64,000 nucleotides of DNA from Raillietiella orientalis (taxonomy: Eukaryota), in the NCBI GenBank assembly GCA_036172245.1, contig JAYWIR010000040.1:1240001-1304000 (forward strand). The letters run 5' to 3'. Under the pieces are notes generated by a model. The model was not told the origin of the DNA. It did no database searches and worked only from the letters and a program-made list of their open reading frames with translations. Below are positions 61,701 through 64,000 of this stretch, one piece after another. Each line of letters begins with the position of its first letter. Position 1 is the stretch's first letter. A program made the translations under genes and the position numbers.

Positions 61701-64000
61701 TCTTGCGCGCTCGCACTCTGCCGGAAAAGAAAAGGAAGGAGAGTTGGTACCCTGGAACGTGTCTTGCCGTGGGTGCACAAGCGGGTGGGAGCTCCCCATC
61801 GCGGTAGGGACAGGTTCCCGTCTGGCGCAGCGAGGCCGAGGCAGTGCTTGATTTCGGCCGGCCGGGCGACTCCAGCTTTTAGTGGTTCGGGAACACACCA
61901 GACCGTCGAACACCGAGAAGATTTCAGTGTGCTTCGGAAGACGGCGGGGCTACGATTTACGTGCAAACTCAGAATGCCAGCGATGGTCGCCTAGGTAGTG
62001 AGGATGGGTTGCTTTCAGTTGCACTCTTCTTGCCGGCCGGGTCGTGGCGCGTGTCACTGTACACGAGAAATCAAGACACTTGCAAATCAGAGTCCGAGGT
62101 GAGATGGGTTGGGACGGGTTCCCCGGTTGAGCAGCATCTGAGAGGAAGCACCAACGAACAGACTTGGGGTGAGGTGGAATGTTTCCAGCCATCATGCTGA
62201 AGATCTGGTGGTTGCGCAAGATCCCTGCTCTCCCTGTTCTATTCGTAAGGAAGAAACTTTTGTCCCCGCCATCTTGTGACCTTCAGTTGCTGCAAGCGTG
62301 GCAGAAGTCGTCTCTCCCACACGTAGCAAGTTTACATGTGCGAGGTGTGGTTCAGCCAGAGACCAGAGTCTAAAAAATGAGTGGTAGAATTCATGAATCG
62401 GTCATGTAATGTGCACGGTGGCAGTTTGGTGCAAGGGAAGTGACCCCTCCGAAGTCTCTGACCGGAGGACGGCGGAGCGATTCCGAGCTGCGTGCGCCGA
62501 GCGAGTTCCAAGTTTTCCCGTTACGTTCAAGCGGCACTCGTTTCGTTTTGAGCCTTTCATTTTCCAAAATTAAACAGAAGTGCAAGAGACCCTCAAGAGA
62601 TGGCGCTGCGGAGAGGAGCGGTTGCTGCCGGCCCGGTTCCAAACCGAACGCTCTGCGTGGGGTGGAAACAGCTCTGCAGTGCACACGAAGCGGCAAAGAT
62701 CGCGTCAACCGGTTGTCCAGTTTGCTTTTCAGAGTTCTGCGTGATCTTCTGCCCGCTTCTCTCCCTCGACGCATCTTGCAGCTTCTTCGCGGAAATCTTT
62801 CCCTGCCCGCCGCATCATCACCTGCGGGAACCCTTTAGTTACCTGACTGCGTCGCGCATTTGCAGGATCGCAGTCTGAAGCGCAGCTGCAGAAGCTCTTT
62901 CTCATACTGAGCGCGGAGTTTGTTCAGCTCTATCCTCTGGCAGTGCTGCTTCTCCAGTAGGGAATCGGAGAGTTCCCTCAGCTGCCAAGCAGAAACGGGG
63001 ACGTTCCCAGGAAGCAGGACCGCATCGCTACGAACCTTGTCCTCCAGTTGGGATTGGTAGCACTCCCAATCCTTCTTGGCGGTGTCGAATTCCTCCTGCT
63101 TCTGCATTCTGGCGCATTCCACGGCCAACCTCTTGTCCTCCAGGTGGAATTTATCCAGCTCTTCTTTCATCCGGGAACACTCCTGGTCGATGCGATCTTT
63201 CCACTTGGGAGAGAAGAATATCGTGACTGAGGAACGCGCTCGTTCCTTCGGGGAGGAGGTAGAGGAAGGTTTCCTCGGGACTCGCTCCAAGTGCGGCGGC
63301 TCACTCGGAAGCTGCGAGCGCGCCTCGCGGAGAGCAACCGACGAGGAAGGGCGCTTTTGCTCTCCCGATCGCGTGCCGCGGCCCGCCGGATGGGAAAAAA
63401 CTTTCACGCCTGCTGCGACTCGGTCGGCAACCTCTTTTTACCTCGTTGAGACTCTCAGGCACCCGCCGGAGCCCGGGAGGCACAAATGGGTCGGCACGTT
63501 CGAGGACCACACTCTCCTGCGTTGGCTCGGACTCGGTGGCGAACGCAGCATCTCCCCTGCCCATCTCACGCCCACCCGTTTGCGGGGACTCGAAGGAAAG
63601 GAGCGAGGCGGCGGCGACCGGCACGCTGCACCGCCGAAGGGCAATCGTTGACCAGATCGCTGCCGAGAAGAACGAGCGCGCTGCAAGACAACAGAAGAAC
63701 AGGAGTCCGCAAGGTGGGGCGCCTCCGAAATGGACCGCCTTCCAAAAGATCATCATCTCCAGCGGATGCTGAACTTCGCCAAGAGAGCTATCGGGGGAAA
63801 CCCGACCTACCCCGTGGATCCCCAAGGAGAAGCGCGGTGAAACGCGGCAGAGACATTTCGACCTCCTTCCAGCTGACCACTCAGGAGGACGTGGTTGCTT
63901 TCGGACCGCTGGGGACTCGCTGAGGCAGTGACCAACTTGACTCTCCCGAAACGTTCCGCCCGCGGAGGGAGAGGACACCTCCTGAGATGCCCGTGTGTTC

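Overview
Eukaryotic nuclear DNA from an invertebrate metazoan, probably an arthropod. This is inferred from a four-jointed fragment, a 28S rRNA fragment and a mitochondrial insert that reads TGA as Trp. I can support no intact host gene. Bases 1 to ~9800 look like gene-proximal or intronic DNA, with homopolymers, microsatellites and GC-rich islands. From ~9800 onward the window is a mosaic of decayed retroelements. Family A is an L1/Tx1-like non-LTR element: one near-full-length but frameshifted copy at ~18.1-22.6 kb (CCHC ORF1, APE, RT, C-terminal Zn finger) plus three 3' fragments. Family B is a second L1/Tx1-like family, present as about 12 fragments that share a 3'-terminal stem-loop. Family D is an unclassified ~600-bp repeat with internal ~43-bp subrepeats, present in 5 copies. 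Three captured non-TE fragments lie between 16.8 and 25.6 kb: an antisense 28S rRNA piece, a cox3/nad3 NUMT bounded by a 13-bp inverted repeat, and a four-jointed pseudogene fragment. The 28S piece and the family A element lie between two 133-bp near-identical direct repeats. I found no convincing new multi-gene system; the best leads are this capture cluster and family D. All homologies are by-eye motif recognition and boundaries are approximate.
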